From a virus (lineage: Duplodnaviria; Caudoviricetes), in the IMG/VR virus record IMGVR_UViG_3300011339_000664, positions 1 through 27,167 of that record: a stretch of DNA of 27,167 nt. The stretch is one strand, 5' to 3'. This document shows, piece by piece, positions 15,541 through 24,759 of this stretch. Within the stretch, counting starts at the first letter, position 1. Each line of letters opens with the position of its first letter. A program made the position numbers and the translations under genes. The notes beneath the pieces were generated by a model, which saw only the letters and a list, made by a program, of their open reading frames with translations, had not been told where the DNA came from and did no database searches.

Positions 15541-16816
15541 CTTCTTGTTCGAGCGCGACAGGGCGATGATTCTCGCCCCCGTCGGCGCGGGCAAGACGGC
15601 CATCACGCTGACAGCCATGCAGGATATGCTGCTGGCCGGCCACGCCAAGCGCTTCCTGGTGCTGGCGCCCAAGCGCGTGGCTGCCAGCGTCTGGCCAACC
15701 GAGCAACCCAAGTGGGCGCCCAACGTCACGCTGGCCGCCGCCGTGGGCTCGGCCAAGCAGCGGGCGGCGGCGTTCGCATCAAACGCCCAGGTCGTGGTGA
15801 CCAATTACGAGAACCTGCCGCAAGGGCACTTCGACGCGGTGGTGTTCGACGAACTGACGCGCCTGAAAAACCCGAGCGGCAAGCGCTTTAAAGAGCTGCT
15901 TAAATTTCTGACGCCGATTGGCATTCGCTGGGGCCTGACGGGCTCGTTTACCAGCAACGGCTTGGAGGACGTGTTTGGCCAATGCAAGATCGTTGACCAG
16001 GCGCTGCTGGGGCGGTCCAAGGGCGCGTTCATGCAGCAGTATTTCGTGCTGACCAACCCCGACTTTGGCGAGTGGTCGCCTCGCAAGGGCAGCTTGGAAA
16101 AGGTCATGGCGGTCATCAAGCCCGCCACGTTCGTTTTGGACGCGGGCGAGTACAGCGACAAGCTGCCCCCGCTGCACATCGTGGAGGTGCGCTGCGACCT
16201 GTACGACCGCAAGCCCTACGACACCATGAAAAAGGATTTCAAGCTGGAGGACATTACCGCCGTCAACGCCGCCGTGGTCACCGGCAAGTTGCAGCAGCTT
16301 GCCAGCGGGTTTGTGTACGACACCGTACAGACACCCTCAGACGTGCCAGGCAAGTGGATTACCACACAGACGCCAGTGTGGTACGACACGGCCAAATTTG
16401 ACCGGCTGCATGAATTACTGGAGGAGAACCAACGTGCGAACACAATCATCGTATACAACTACCAAGAAGAACTCGCGGAACTCAAACGTCGATATAGACA
16501 GCTTAATACGCTGGATGATGAGCGAGCAATTGAACGGTGGAACGAAGGCGCCATTGAACTTCTCGCCGTGCACCCAAAATCAGCCGGTCATGGACTTAAC
16601 TTGCAGCATGGCGGCTGCCGGATTGTTTTCTTGTCGCTGCCCTGGTCGCTCGAACTGTACGAACAGACCGTAGGGCGGCTGCACCGCAGCGGCCAGCGCC
16701 ACGACGTGTGGTGCTACGTCATGCTGACCAACAAGACCGTGGACGAACGCATCTGGGCGGCGCTGCACAACAAACGCGCTATTTCTGATATTGCAATGGA
16801 GGAACTATGTTACTGA
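15506..16816 (+). CDS. SNF2-family helicase (436 aa)
   Basis: LRPYQ, GAGKT, VVFDELT, LTGS, GHGLNLQ and QTVGRLHRSGQ. Confidence 0.92.
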   Translation: MNLRPYQEQAADFLFERDRAMILAPVGAGKTAITLTAMQDMLLAGHAKRFLVLAPKRVAASVWPTEQPKWAPNVTLAAAVGSAKQRAAAFASNAQVVVTNYENLPQGHFDAVVFDELTRLKNPSGKRFKELLKFLTPIGIRWGLTGSFTSNGLEDVFGQCKIVDQALLGRSKGAFMQQYFVLTNPDFGEWSPRKGSLEKVMAVIKPATFVLDAGEYSDKLPPLHIVEVRCDLYDRKPYDTMKKDFKLEDITAVNAAVVTGKLQQLASGFVYDTVQTPSDVPGKWITTQTPVWYDTAKFDRLHELLEENQRANTIIVYNYQEELAELKRRYRQLNTLDDERAIERWNEGAIELLAVHPKSAGHGLNLQHGGCRIVFLSLPWSLELYEQTVGRLHRSGQRHDVWCYVMLTNKTVDERIWAALHNKRAISDIAMEELCY

Positions 16817-16959
16817 AAGCACAACTCAAAGCGGCCAAGGCCGAACTCAAACTACGGTCACGCCAACTGACCATCGCCTACCGAGCGTATGACCGTTGCG
16901 TCAACCTGATAGCTAAACTGGAGACACGAATTGAAAAACACTTGGCGAGGTCTAAATGA
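16807..16959 (+). CDS. Basic coiled-coil micro-protein (50 aa; not in track)
   Basis: GGAGG SD. MLLKAQLKAAKAELKLRSRQLTIAYRAYDRCVNLIAKLETRIEKHLARSK. Confidence 0.65.
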   Translation: MLLKAQLKAAKAELKLRSRQLTIAYRAYDRCVNLIAKLETRIEKHLARSK

Positions 16960-17122
16960 CCGTCTGCCCACGCTGTCTGAAGAAGAAGTGCTGGGCCTAC
17001 TAAACAATGAACGCAAGACGTTCCAAAGAGTATCAGTGCTGGAGCGGTTGCACCAGCGGTACAACACCCTGCGCGTCGCGCGGGAGAGAATGGAAATATT
17101 AAAGGAAGCTAAATTACCATGA
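16931..17122 (+). CDS. Hypothetical protein (63 aa)
   Basis: GGAG SD with TTG start; ATGA-coupled to the next ORF. Confidence 0.75.
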   Translation: MKNTWRGLNDRLPTLSEEEVLGLLNNERKTFQRVSVLERLHQRYNTLRVARERMEILKEAKLP

Positions 17123-17313
17123 AATTCTTAAAATTTTTTAGAGACTACTGGCGTGACATGACCCCCCGCGAGGTGATTATTCGAGAACTGGCCCAGGCCC
17201 ACCTCGACCGCCTCGAAGCAGAGGGCGCCACTGAGTACGCAACGGCAGTGCTGGCGTACAACGAGAAGCGAATCGAACGTCTTAACGAACGACTGAAGGA
17301 GTACAAGCAATGA
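17119..17313 (+). CDS. Hypothetical protein (64 aa)
   Basis: AAGGA SD; ATGA overlaps on both sides. Confidence 0.75.
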   Translation: MKFLKFFRDYWRDMTPREVIIRELAQAHLDRLEAEGATEYATAVLAYNEKRIERLNERLKEYKQ

Positions 17314-17477
17314 CCGATGCGGACAAAAAGTACATGGAGATCAAGCAAAAGGATTGGGAGTTTGATGAGCCCGAGCCCAGCGACTATGCCATGTTCGTGC
17401 AGCAGGTCAAGGGTTTAGTTGCGTGGGTGATCTTTGTAGTGGGTGCGTCAATTCTTGTTGCGGCGGTGTTCAAATGA
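17310..17477 (+). CDS. Single-TM membrane protein (55 aa; not in track)
   Basis: AAGGAG SD, ATGA-coupled. ...GLVAWVIFVVGASILVAAVFK. Confidence 0.7.
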   Translation: MTDADKKYMEIKQKDWEFDEPEPSDYAMFVQQVKGLVAWVIFVVGASILVAAVFK

Positions 17478-17605
17478 CTGACACACAGTTTTTGACAATA
17501 CTAGGAACCATTTGGATTGCGCCCTATGTAAACAAATTGGTAGCGCAATTTACTGGCCTTGCTTTTATGCTTATTGTTATTTGCAAACACTTGGGGTGGA
17601 TATGA
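17474..17605 (+). CDS. Hydrophobic micro-protein (43 aa)
   Basis: ATGA-coupled at both ends. MTDTQFLTILGTIWIAPYVNKLVAQFTGLAFMLIVICKHLGWI. Confidence 0.65.
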   Translation: MTDTQFLTILGTIWIAPYVNKLVAQFTGLAFMLIVICKHLGWI

Positions 17606-17865
17606 CAGGCTACGAATCAAAGCGCGCAGCAGCGCGGGACAAGTTGGTTGATGATCGGCGGGCTTACTACGAAAAGTTTGACGACTTGTATGCTGTTTAT
17701 CTCAACGGTGTTTACGATGGCAAGAAAGCAGCGCAGCGCCCTTGGGTTGGGTTGATGCGCGGTGCCCGTGTTGAAGGCGACACTGTAGTCATCAAAGTGC
17801 AAAGTAACAACGAGGCACGACTGCTGTGCAGCGAACTGGTTAACGAGATGGGAAAGAACACATGA
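17602..17865 (+). CDS. Hypothetical protein (87 aa)
   Basis: ATGA-coupled start MTGYESKRAAARDKL, chosen in place of the track start. Confidence 0.7.
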   Translation: MTGYESKRAAARDKLVDDRRAYYEKFDDLYAVYLNGVYDGKKAAQRPWVGLMRGARVEGDTVVIKVQSNNEARLLCSELVNEMGKNT

Positions 17866-18098
17866 ACACACCTCCCCAACACCGCATACGAATGCTGTTG
17901 CACAAGTACGCCGACGGCCTGACGCTGCTGGACATATCCAACTACCTCAACATGAACTACACCAACGCCGGGCGCAGCTTGCAGAAGATGCCCGACGCCT
18001 ACATCGACCGCTGGATTGCCAAAGAGGGCCGTGGCCCAGGCAAATGGAGCGCCGTCTGGTGCGTTGTTGTTCCACCTGAAAACTGCCCAATGCCATGA
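17862..18098 (+). CDS. Putative winged-HTH DNA-binding protein (78 aa)
   Basis: IRMLLHKYADGLTLLDISNYLNMNYTNAGRSLQKM fits a three-helix HTH followed by a beta-hairpin (AYIDRW...AVWCVV). Confidence 0.6.
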   Translation: MNTPPQHRIRMLLHKYADGLTLLDISNYLNMNYTNAGRSLQKMPDAYIDRWIAKEGRGPGKWSAVWCVVVPPENCPMP

Positions 18099-18262
18099 AC
18101 GACCTACCAAACTTTGCAGCTTGGACAAACGAGAACTTGGCCAAGTTTGCTACCGAAGCCTACTTGCGCTTACAGGCCCAGCAGGACGCCCTTGAACAGT
18201 TGCGTGGCGACTTGAGGGACGCTATGAAGGAAATAAGGCGCATTCGGCAGCCCGACGCTTAA
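18095..18262 (+). CDS. Coiled-coil micro-protein (55 aa; not in track)
   Basis: ATGA-coupled. MNDLPNFAAWTNENLAKFATEAYLRLQAQQDALEQLRGDLRDAMKEIRRIRQPDA. Its 3' end overlaps the endolysin by 41 nt. Confidence 0.7.
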   Translation: MNDLPNFAAWTNENLAKFATEAYLRLQAQQDALEQLRGDLRDAMKEIRRIRQPDA

Positions 18263-18668
18263 CCAGACCAGGCAGCACACGCCCGCCGCCCTTAGTCCAG
18301 AGCATTAATTGCTCTTTGGCCCCGTCCCAGTCCTGCGCGTTGATCTTGCGTTTGAGCGTGCTGGTCTGGAGACGGCCAATCCCAAGGTTGTAGACAAAAT
18401 CCACTACAGCGTTGCACTTACGTTCATCCGTCAACAGGATGGGGCAGTGGCGCAGGACGCCAGGCAGGTAAGTATGGTGCAGTTCGTGCAGCAATAAAGC
18501 CTCTGCATCTTGGATTGAGATCGGCGCGTCTGTCAGGCTAATTTTGCGCCCGTCAGAGTAGTAGGTCGAGCCGTAGCCGATTGTTGGGATACCGGCTGGG
18601 CACAGGTAAGGCTTGGACGAAAAGCCCTCGAACTGTTTGCACAGCGCGGCGGCGATTTCCAGTTTCAT
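18222..18668 (-). CDS. Endolysin, GH24 phage lysozyme (148 aa)
   Basis: Catalytic E-x8-C-x5-T (FEGFSSKPYLCPAGIPTIGYG), FVYNLG, STL and GLVKRRAAE. Confidence 0.93.
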   Translation of the reverse strand: MKLEIAAALCKQFEGFSSKPYLCPAGIPTIGYGSTYYSDGRKISLTDAPISIQDAEALLLHELHHTYLPGVLRHCPILLTDERKCNAVVDFVYNLGIGRLQTSTLKRKINAQDWDGAKEQLMLWTKGGGRVLPGLVKRRAAECALFPS

Positions 18669-19159
18669 ATTCCGCGCTTGGCCAAGGTGCGGTCAAGAAA
18701 CCAGTAGTTGAGGGTGCCGCTGACCAGCGCGGCAAAGTCTCCAGACATCATCAGCTTGAACACGGCGTCAGGGTGTGCGCCCGTTGCCCAAGCGTTCCAT
18801 GCAAACCAGATGTGGACAAACGACCAAAGCAACAAAATCCAGTACGTCACCACAGGGCGCACGCTGGCCGACAGACTGGCCACCCAGCCCCCGGCAGCCT
18901 TAACCATCTCTGTTTGTTGCTCAATGGCGCTGTTAAATGCGTCCATGACGCCAGCGTCCACCGTAGCCTCGCGCTGGGCACCGATCTCGGCCAGCTTCTG
19001 TTGACCGCGCAGCGTCTCTAACTGGCACTGCTGCTGGAACATGGCCAACTCATGGGTACGCTCGTTCTTCTTGTCCATCCACTTGAGCACCTCCGGCGCA
19101 AGCCGGAACACGCCGCCAAGTAGGGAGCCCAAAATACCACCACCAAGCATTTCAAACAT
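18665..19159 (-). CDS. Putative holin (GTA 3TM holin-like), 164 aa
   Basis: Start at 19159 by TGATG overlap. SASVRPVVTY followed by a TM helix and YWFLDR; adjacent to the endolysin. Confidence 0.7.
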   Translation of the reverse strand: MFEMLGGGILGSLLGGVFRLAPEVLKWMDKKNERTHELAMFQQQCQLETLRGQQKLAEIGAQREATVDAGVMDAFNSAIEQQTEMVKAAGGWVASLSASVRPVVTYWILLLWSFVHIWFAWNAWATGAHPDAVFKLMMSGDFAALVSGTLNYWFLDRTLAKRGI

Positions 19160-19635
19160 CAGTGTTTCTCCATCAAAAGTGTTAACCACCAGACGATAAA
19201 CCCCAGCACCATGACGACGATGCCGCCGCCCAGCAGCCAGTTAATCAACTCGTCCATTTCTTTCTTCTTGGCCGCTGCGTGCTGTTCATCCAAGATTTCT
19301 TGTTTCTTGCGCTTTTGAATCAGGTTGTTGCGCTCAATCAGTAGTTGCTGCCAAACGTCAGCATGGCCGTTCAGCACCAACCATTGGTTTAACTCCTTCT
19401 CAGCGTCGTCCAAGCGCTTGGCCTGCATGACGATCTCAAACGCCTGCGCCGTATCCGACCCTGCGAACCCTGTCTTGGGCTTGGAAGCGGCGCGCTGCAC
19501 CACGTCTTTGGCTTCAAAAAACTTCATCGCCTCGCCAGTGATGGCGTGGATGTCCTTGCCCAACTTGATAGCTGCCTGTACCCCCTTAACAGCCGCTTGA
19601 GCAGCGGCAAAGGCAGTTACGGGATCGACGATCAT
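19159..19635 (-). CDS. Coiled-coil protein with C-terminal TM anchor, lysis-cassette associated (158 aa)
   Basis: DPVTAFAAAQAAVKGV N-terminus, coiled coil and WLLGGGIVVMVLGFIVWWL. Coupled on both sides. Confidence 0.75.
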   Translation of the reverse strand: MIVDPVTAFAAAQAAVKGVQAAIKLGKDIHAITGEAMKFFEAKDVVQRAASKPKTGFAGSDTAQAFEIVMQAKRLDDAEKELNQWLVLNGHADVWQQLLIERNNLIQKRKKQEILDEQHAAAKKKEMDELINWLLGGGIVVMVLGFIVWWLTLLMEKH

Positions 19636-19850
19636 TTGTCAGCTTTATTTTCCAGCCGGTCAAAAATTTTACTCAGCATTTCCTTGACCTCGCGCATATC
19701 ATCTTTGTAATCCAGACGGGCCACATAGACCAGCGGCAGTTTGGCCAGGTCGTTCTTCAACTCCTGCACGGCTGTCCACAGTTCGCGGGCGAACCAACCG
19801 GCCACGGTTAAGCACGCGCCGATGATGATGTTGATAGTCTGCTGGTCCAT
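19632..19850 (-). CDS. N-terminal TM plus coiled-coil protein, holin/antiholin-like (72 aa)
   Basis: INIIIGACLTVAGWF TM then a charged coiled coil ending IFDRLENKADK; first gene of the lysis cassette. Confidence 0.7.
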   Translation of the reverse strand: MDQQTINIIIGACLTVAGWFARELWTAVQELKNDLAKLPLVYVARLDYKDDMREVKEMLSKIFDRLENKADK

Positions 19851-22555
19851 TATTGGTTACTCAATGCGTTAACGGCGGCGACAGGCGGCGTGTTAGGAAT
19901 TAAATTTGTGATGGCTTTGGTTGTAGTCCCAACGCCTAATTGTTTAGCTTGCGCTTTTCCTACGGCAGCTGCAGCCGTCGCGGGGTTGGCAAGTTCAGTA
20001 GCAATTTCAACGGCCAGCTTTTTGTCAATGCGGCCTTCTAGCCTGCCCAATATCATGTTGGCAACAGACCAGACTTTGTTGAGCGGAAAGACGTGCGGGG
20101 TTGTTTCTTCTCTGAACAATTTAAGCGCAGAGTTTTTACCCAGCTTGCCTTGCGCGGCTAAAGTCTCAAACGTTTCGCCCTGCGCCAATTGCGTCTGAAT
20201 GTCCTTAACCACGGCCCGTACTTCTGGCAACCGCATAGTTAAGCTATCCAAATTTTGCTGCGAAAGCATTGTATTGGCGGGCATTTTTACGCCCAGTTTA
20301 TTGCCTGTTTGTTCAATGATCTTGAGCAGTTCTGCCGAATCTTTGGCGGCGTTAAATGTAGCCTTGGCCGTCTTGGGATCGTGCGCGTTAAGCACCCGCA
20401 TAATCCCTTGCTCGTTATCGACCAGGTGTTTCAGTGGGTCAGACGCCTTGCCTGCGTCTTGCATGACGCCACGGGCCAACGATGACCTGGCCGGCGCGTC
20501 CATCCGCGCCAATGCTTGGCTGGCCGTCTCCGGGCTGCTGACGATTGCAGAACGCAACTTATCAGTTTGCTTAAATCCTAAAGTGGTTGAGGCCAAGTTA
20601 AGCGCCTCGTCTTCGGCTTTAAAAGCCTCTGCAACTTTGCTTGGAATTGCTTTGCCCTGCGCGGCCAATGTTTCTTCAGCAGCGGTCAGACCTTTAATTT
20701 GACCACCGATTTGGTTTAGCCGCGTGGTCATGCCCATCCCGGCGCTGTCAAGCGCGCCAAGTTGCTTGGCGTTGTCAGCGATAAATTTGGCGTGCGCTTG
20801 CGGCGTGGCGGCTTTGCCGCCCGATAACACTTGTTGCCGGTATAGGTCTTCTACGCCGGTCTTCAAGTTTTGCATCGCCGCCGCGTCTTGCTTAAACACA
20901 TTTAAGAATTGCAGCGTGCTGCCTTCGTCGGCCATTGCTTTGCTAACAATGTCCCCTGGGCGCAGCATGGGTTCGTTAAGCGTGCTGGTGCGAGTTAGGT
21001 TAGATGGCTGGCCAGTACGATGGACGCCCACAATCCGTTCTTTAAATAGTGCGTTAGCGTTCTCAAACAGCGCTTTGGCTTCGGGTGCGACATCGCGGCT
21101 AATTGCGGCGTTGACCGAATCGTACAACTCGTTTAACCGCGCGCGGGTTATGTTTGCGCCAGACTCGTTAGACCCTTTAAGCGCGGCCCTGTCAATATTG
21201 ATAGCCTGGCGTATGGCGTGCGCTTCCTCCAGCGTAATTGGCGCTGGCGGGATAGTTTGCTTAACCGGCACGCCCTGTATTATGGCTTCCACTTGTTTGG
21301 GACCATAGCGTTCAAGCAGCGCAGCCGAATTGGGCGCCAGCCCTTTAAGCTGGGTAAGCAGTTCGCCTCGCTGCTCTTTGGCCACTCCAGCCACGCCTGT
21401 CAAATTGATAGTGGCTTCTGGCGCTGCGTCAAAGGCGGCTTGGTACGCTGGCCCAGTGACCGTGCGTTGGGTGTTTCTCAGTATTTCTTCGTTGGCTTTT
21501 GCCAGCGCACGCCCAGTTTCAAGCTGGCTCACGTTTGCTATGCCACCCTCAACGCCTTGGCGTTGCGCAGCCAGCGCTGCTTCAGCCGCCTGCTGCTGCG
21601 CGGTAAGCTGACCTGTCAACGCTGTTTTCTGGCCTTCTAGCGCGGCGGCTTCGCCTGCAAGGGCTTGCTTCACCGCACGACGCGGTGCGGTAGGTGATGC
21701 GGTAGCAACAGGCAAATTGCGTTGGGCCAGCGCATTGGTGACGGTCGTTGCGGCCGCGAGTTTGTTTTCTTGCGTAGCTTTTAACGCTGCTGCCAAATCG
21801 TTGTACAGCATTTGCGTAGCGGGGCTGGCGTTTCTTGCCGTCTGCGCAAATGTCGCCAAGCCTGGGCTACCTACAATAGCCGCCGCCTGATCTATAGTTT
21901 TGCCTTGCTCAAGCAAAGTTTTAACCCGCCCCATAAGCACTGGGTCGTTATTTAAGACTTCAGCAAGACCTGTAGTTTTTAGCCTAGATGGCGCTAATAC
22001 GTCGGCAACGCTGCTGGCCATTTTTCCTACTTTAGGACCAATATAGTTAATGGCCGGTTTAACAAGCGTTGCTCCGGCTGCAAGCGCGGGGAATATCTCT
22101 CCACCAAATTGCGCGGCTTTTAATACTTCTGTTGTTGGCTCGGGTGAGCCAAGTTTTGCGTACAGTTTTCGGATGTTTTCAGGTGTTGCGTCTTGGACGC
22201 TTTCAGCTTCAGTTCTGTTGGGGTTAAACATCCCTGTAACGCTACCTGGAATACCCAGTATGCTGGAACTTAACCCTCTGAAAGCCGCCATTGCACCCTG
22301 CGCTTCTGCCACAGGCTCCGGCGCCGTTGTAAACATACTCGGCAGTTTTGGTGCGGGGCGGCGCGGGCCGTACGCGCCCATCGTTCCTTCTTGGGTGCTT
22401 GCGGTGCGGCCCGTGGGCATTCCTTCAACACTAAGCGCTGCCGCAGGAACGGTTTGCATTTGACGAATAGCGTCGGCTAACGCTTTAGCATCCTCGACAT
22501 TACCCGCAGCGTCTGCCTTGACCAACGCCGCGCTAAGTTGTTCAAGTGTGGCCAT
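19850..22555 (-). CDS. Large internal virion / DNA ejection protein (901 aa)
   Basis: Ala-rich helical protein, third of a small-medium-large trio at the P22 gp7/gp20/gp16 position. Call is positional. Confidence 0.7.
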   Translation of the reverse strand: MATLEQLSAALVKADAAGNVEDAKALADAIRQMQTVPAAALSVEGMPTGRTASTQEGTMGAYGPRRPAPKLPSMFTTAPEPVAEAQGAMAAFRGLSSSILGIPGSVTGMFNPNRTEAESVQDATPENIRKLYAKLGSPEPTTEVLKAAQFGGEIFPALAAGATLVKPAINYIGPKVGKMASSVADVLAPSRLKTTGLAEVLNNDPVLMGRVKTLLEQGKTIDQAAAIVGSPGLATFAQTARNASPATQMLYNDLAAALKATQENKLAAATTVTNALAQRNLPVATASPTAPRRAVKQALAGEAAALEGQKTALTGQLTAQQQAAEAALAAQRQGVEGGIANVSQLETGRALAKANEEILRNTQRTVTGPAYQAAFDAAPEATINLTGVAGVAKEQRGELLTQLKGLAPNSAALLERYGPKQVEAIIQGVPVKQTIPPAPITLEEAHAIRQAINIDRAALKGSNESGANITRARLNELYDSVNAAISRDVAPEAKALFENANALFKERIVGVHRTGQPSNLTRTSTLNEPMLRPGDIVSKAMADEGSTLQFLNVFKQDAAAMQNLKTGVEDLYRQQVLSGGKAATPQAHAKFIADNAKQLGALDSAGMGMTTRLNQIGGQIKGLTAAEETLAAQGKAIPSKVAEAFKAEDEALNLASTTLGFKQTDKLRSAIVSSPETASQALARMDAPARSSLARGVMQDAGKASDPLKHLVDNEQGIMRVLNAHDPKTAKATFNAAKDSAELLKIIEQTGNKLGVKMPANTMLSQQNLDSLTMRLPEVRAVVKDIQTQLAQGETFETLAAQGKLGKNSALKLFREETTPHVFPLNKVWSVANMILGRLEGRIDKKLAVEIATELANPATAAAAVGKAQAKQLGVGTTTKAITNLIPNTPPVAAVNALSNQ

Positions 22556-22557
22556 GA

Positions 22558-23925
22558 TTATTTGTACTTGTTAAGAAGGGCGTCAATGTTGGGCGCAACA
22601 GGCGCGGGTTTAGGCGCGGCGGCGGCTGGGGCGTTAGCCCTATAGGCATAAGTATCTTCAAACGATTGATTGACTGCGTTTTTTGTAGATGTTGATTGCG
22701 ATTTCAATCGTTTTAACGAGTCTATTAAATCACTTGTCGATTGCGTTTGGTCAAGAGACGCCTTTAAGTTTTCAAACCTATCACCTTCTTTATTACTTAC
22801 GTTGCCTACGCCAGCGCCTGTAGAAGATGCGTTGCGCAGTTCAGTTAAGCCTTGGACAAAAGCCAAGTTCTTTAACTGCTTTAAGTCGGCTTCGGCTTTA
22901 CGCGCTTCGTTTGTTATTGCAAATGTTCTGCCACCAACAAAACCAGTTATGCCGTTTAAACCGCTTTCGTTGGCTAACAATCGGTCAATCGTAGATTCAA
23001 TTTCAGTCATTGTTGAAGCAACCGTAGTAGCTGCGCGTCTGGCTACGGGGTACTTAGCTTCACGGTTTTGAATTTCCTTGGGTGATAATCCTTCCATCGC
23101 CGATGCAGGCGTCATGCCTTTGCCAATAGCTTCTTCGCGGCTAACATATTTAACTTTTCCGTCCTCACCGACAACAGCAACCGGCGCGGCAGGCGTAGCA
23201 GGCGTAGCAGGTGCGCGGCTTGCTTCTTTAATTTTTTTCTCGTAATCAAATATTGACCCAACAAAGCCTTGTGCTTTGGCGGCGTCATAATTTAATTGGA
23301 GATCAGTCTGCCTAAGTTTTTCAGGCGCAGCAGGTGCTTGTTTAAATGTACCTGTAGTCGGGTCGTATACGCTGGCGCTTGGAGCAGCAACCAAAGGTTT
23401 CATGCCCTCAAGAATTTGATTTACGCTTTGCATTGACGCCATGCGTAGTTTGTCAAAAGTACCCGTAGAAACCGCTTGTTGAATTTTAGCAAGCCCTTGT
23501 TCTTTGGTTGCGCCCACGCTGTTTAGCCAAGGTCCAAGCACTGGGTCGTTATGGACTGATTCGTGAAGTTTATAGTATGCCTCTGGCGTATCTGCCATGC
23601 GGTAGGCATCAGGAAGAAGCGCCAACTTGTCGGCGATTAATTTTGTCTCAGCGCTTGACGCGGCGTTTCGGTCTTTACGGTACGCAATGCCAAGCGACGG
23701 GTTTAATTTAGATAGTTGCGCCTCATAGCCAGGGTCGCTAGGGTTAAGCCGACGAAGCGCGTTACGTTGCTCTGCGTCTGCGCGCATCTCCTCCATTTTC
23801 ATTTGATTCAGTTGGTTTGCTTGATCGCTTTGTTGCAACTGCTGCATTTGGGCGTACTGAGCAAACGGATTGGGTGGCGCTTGGAATTGCACGCCCTGCG
23901 CGATAAGTGCGTTTAGATCGGCCAT
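22558..23925 (-). CDS. Internal virion / DNA ejection protein (455 aa)
   Basis: Gln-rich N-terminus, helical, GNVSNKEG motif; middle member of the trio. Confidence 0.7.
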   Translation of the reverse strand: MADLNALIAQGVQFQAPPNPFAQYAQMQQLQQSDQANQLNQMKMEEMRADAEQRNALRRLNPSDPGYEAQLSKLNPSLGIAYRKDRNAASSAETKLIADKLALLPDAYRMADTPEAYYKLHESVHNDPVLGPWLNSVGATKEQGLAKIQQAVSTGTFDKLRMASMQSVNQILEGMKPLVAAPSASVYDPTTGTFKQAPAAPEKLRQTDLQLNYDAAKAQGFVGSIFDYEKKIKEASRAPATPATPAAPVAVVGEDGKVKYVSREEAIGKGMTPASAMEGLSPKEIQNREAKYPVARRAATTVASTMTEIESTIDRLLANESGLNGITGFVGGRTFAITNEARKAEADLKQLKNLAFVQGLTELRNASSTGAGVGNVSNKEGDRFENLKASLDQTQSTSDLIDSLKRLKSQSTSTKNAVNQSFEDTYAYRANAPAAAAPKPAPVAPNIDALLNKYK

Positions 23926-23934
23926 GATTTATCC

Positions 23935-24759
23935 TTATACAGGGCGCATAGCAGAAATAGGTGGGCCTACTTCATTTGGGTCAGAGTACATATAGTTATA
24001 CCCCGCCTGCGGCTGTCTAGCTAACCAGTTACTAAAATTATTTTGGTTTTGATACGACGATACGCCAGTGTTAAGAGCGTTGGCGAATGTGTTGGCCGCG
24101 CCGTATTGGCCAGCGGCGGCGGCTTGGCCCGCGCCCATGATGCCGCCCGCCATAGCGTTGCCTGCGCCGGTAATTAGATTGCCTGCGCTAGTTCCATAGT
24201 TGCCAGCAGCCGCGCCTTGATTAGATGCGGCAGATTGCCCCGACGCCATCAAGTTGCCCAACGGCTGCAATTGATTGGCGCGGTTTTGCTGATAACGGTT
24301 GAAGGCGCTTTGGTACTCTTGCGATCCCATGTCTTGGCCATACCGAGTGGCGGCTTTAAGCGCGCCCCCAGAGATAAGTCCGCCACGCGCAGCAGCCTGC
24401 CGGTCAAGCGCTTTCTGTCCTTCGGACAATCGGAATGCGTACCCAGGGTCAGCTTGGAAATCAGCAGCGCCAAAGTCTCGCGCATATTGGCCGTACCCGG
24501 CTGCGCCTGCGTTGCCGCCCAAGCCCAGCAGTTCCATCAGCCGGTTCTGGCCAGTTAAACCGGCTTGACGGTACGGTTCTTGAAGGGCAACCTGTTGGTT
24601 GTACAGCTTCTCTTGTAGCGCAAGCGCTTTATCAGAGGATTCTGCTTGAGTTTGCGCCGCTCGTGTAGAAGCGTCTGCTTGTGTTGATGCCGCAGATCGC
24701 GCACCTGATGCTCCAATAAGGCTGCTTGCAACAGCGGCTCCAGCTACCCAGAATGTCAT
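23935..24759 (-). CDS. DNA transfer / pilot protein, P22 gp7-like position (274 aa)
   Basis: Hydrophobic Gly/Ala N-terminus, QEPYRQAG and DPGYAFRLSEGQKALDRQAAARGGLISGGALKA, typical of podoviral small ejection proteins. Confidence 0.78.
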   Translation of the reverse strand: MTFWVAGAAVASSLIGASGARSAASTQADASTRAAQTQAESSDKALALQEKLYNQQVALQEPYRQAGLTGQNRLMELLGLGGNAGAAGYGQYARDFGAADFQADPGYAFRLSEGQKALDRQAAARGGLISGGALKAATRYGQDMGSQEYQSAFNRYQQNRANQLQPLGNLMASGQSAASNQGAAAGNYGTSAGNLITGAGNAMAGGIMGAGQAAAAGQYGAANTFANALNTGVSSYQNQNNFSNWLARQPQAGYNYMYSDPNEVGPPISAMRPV

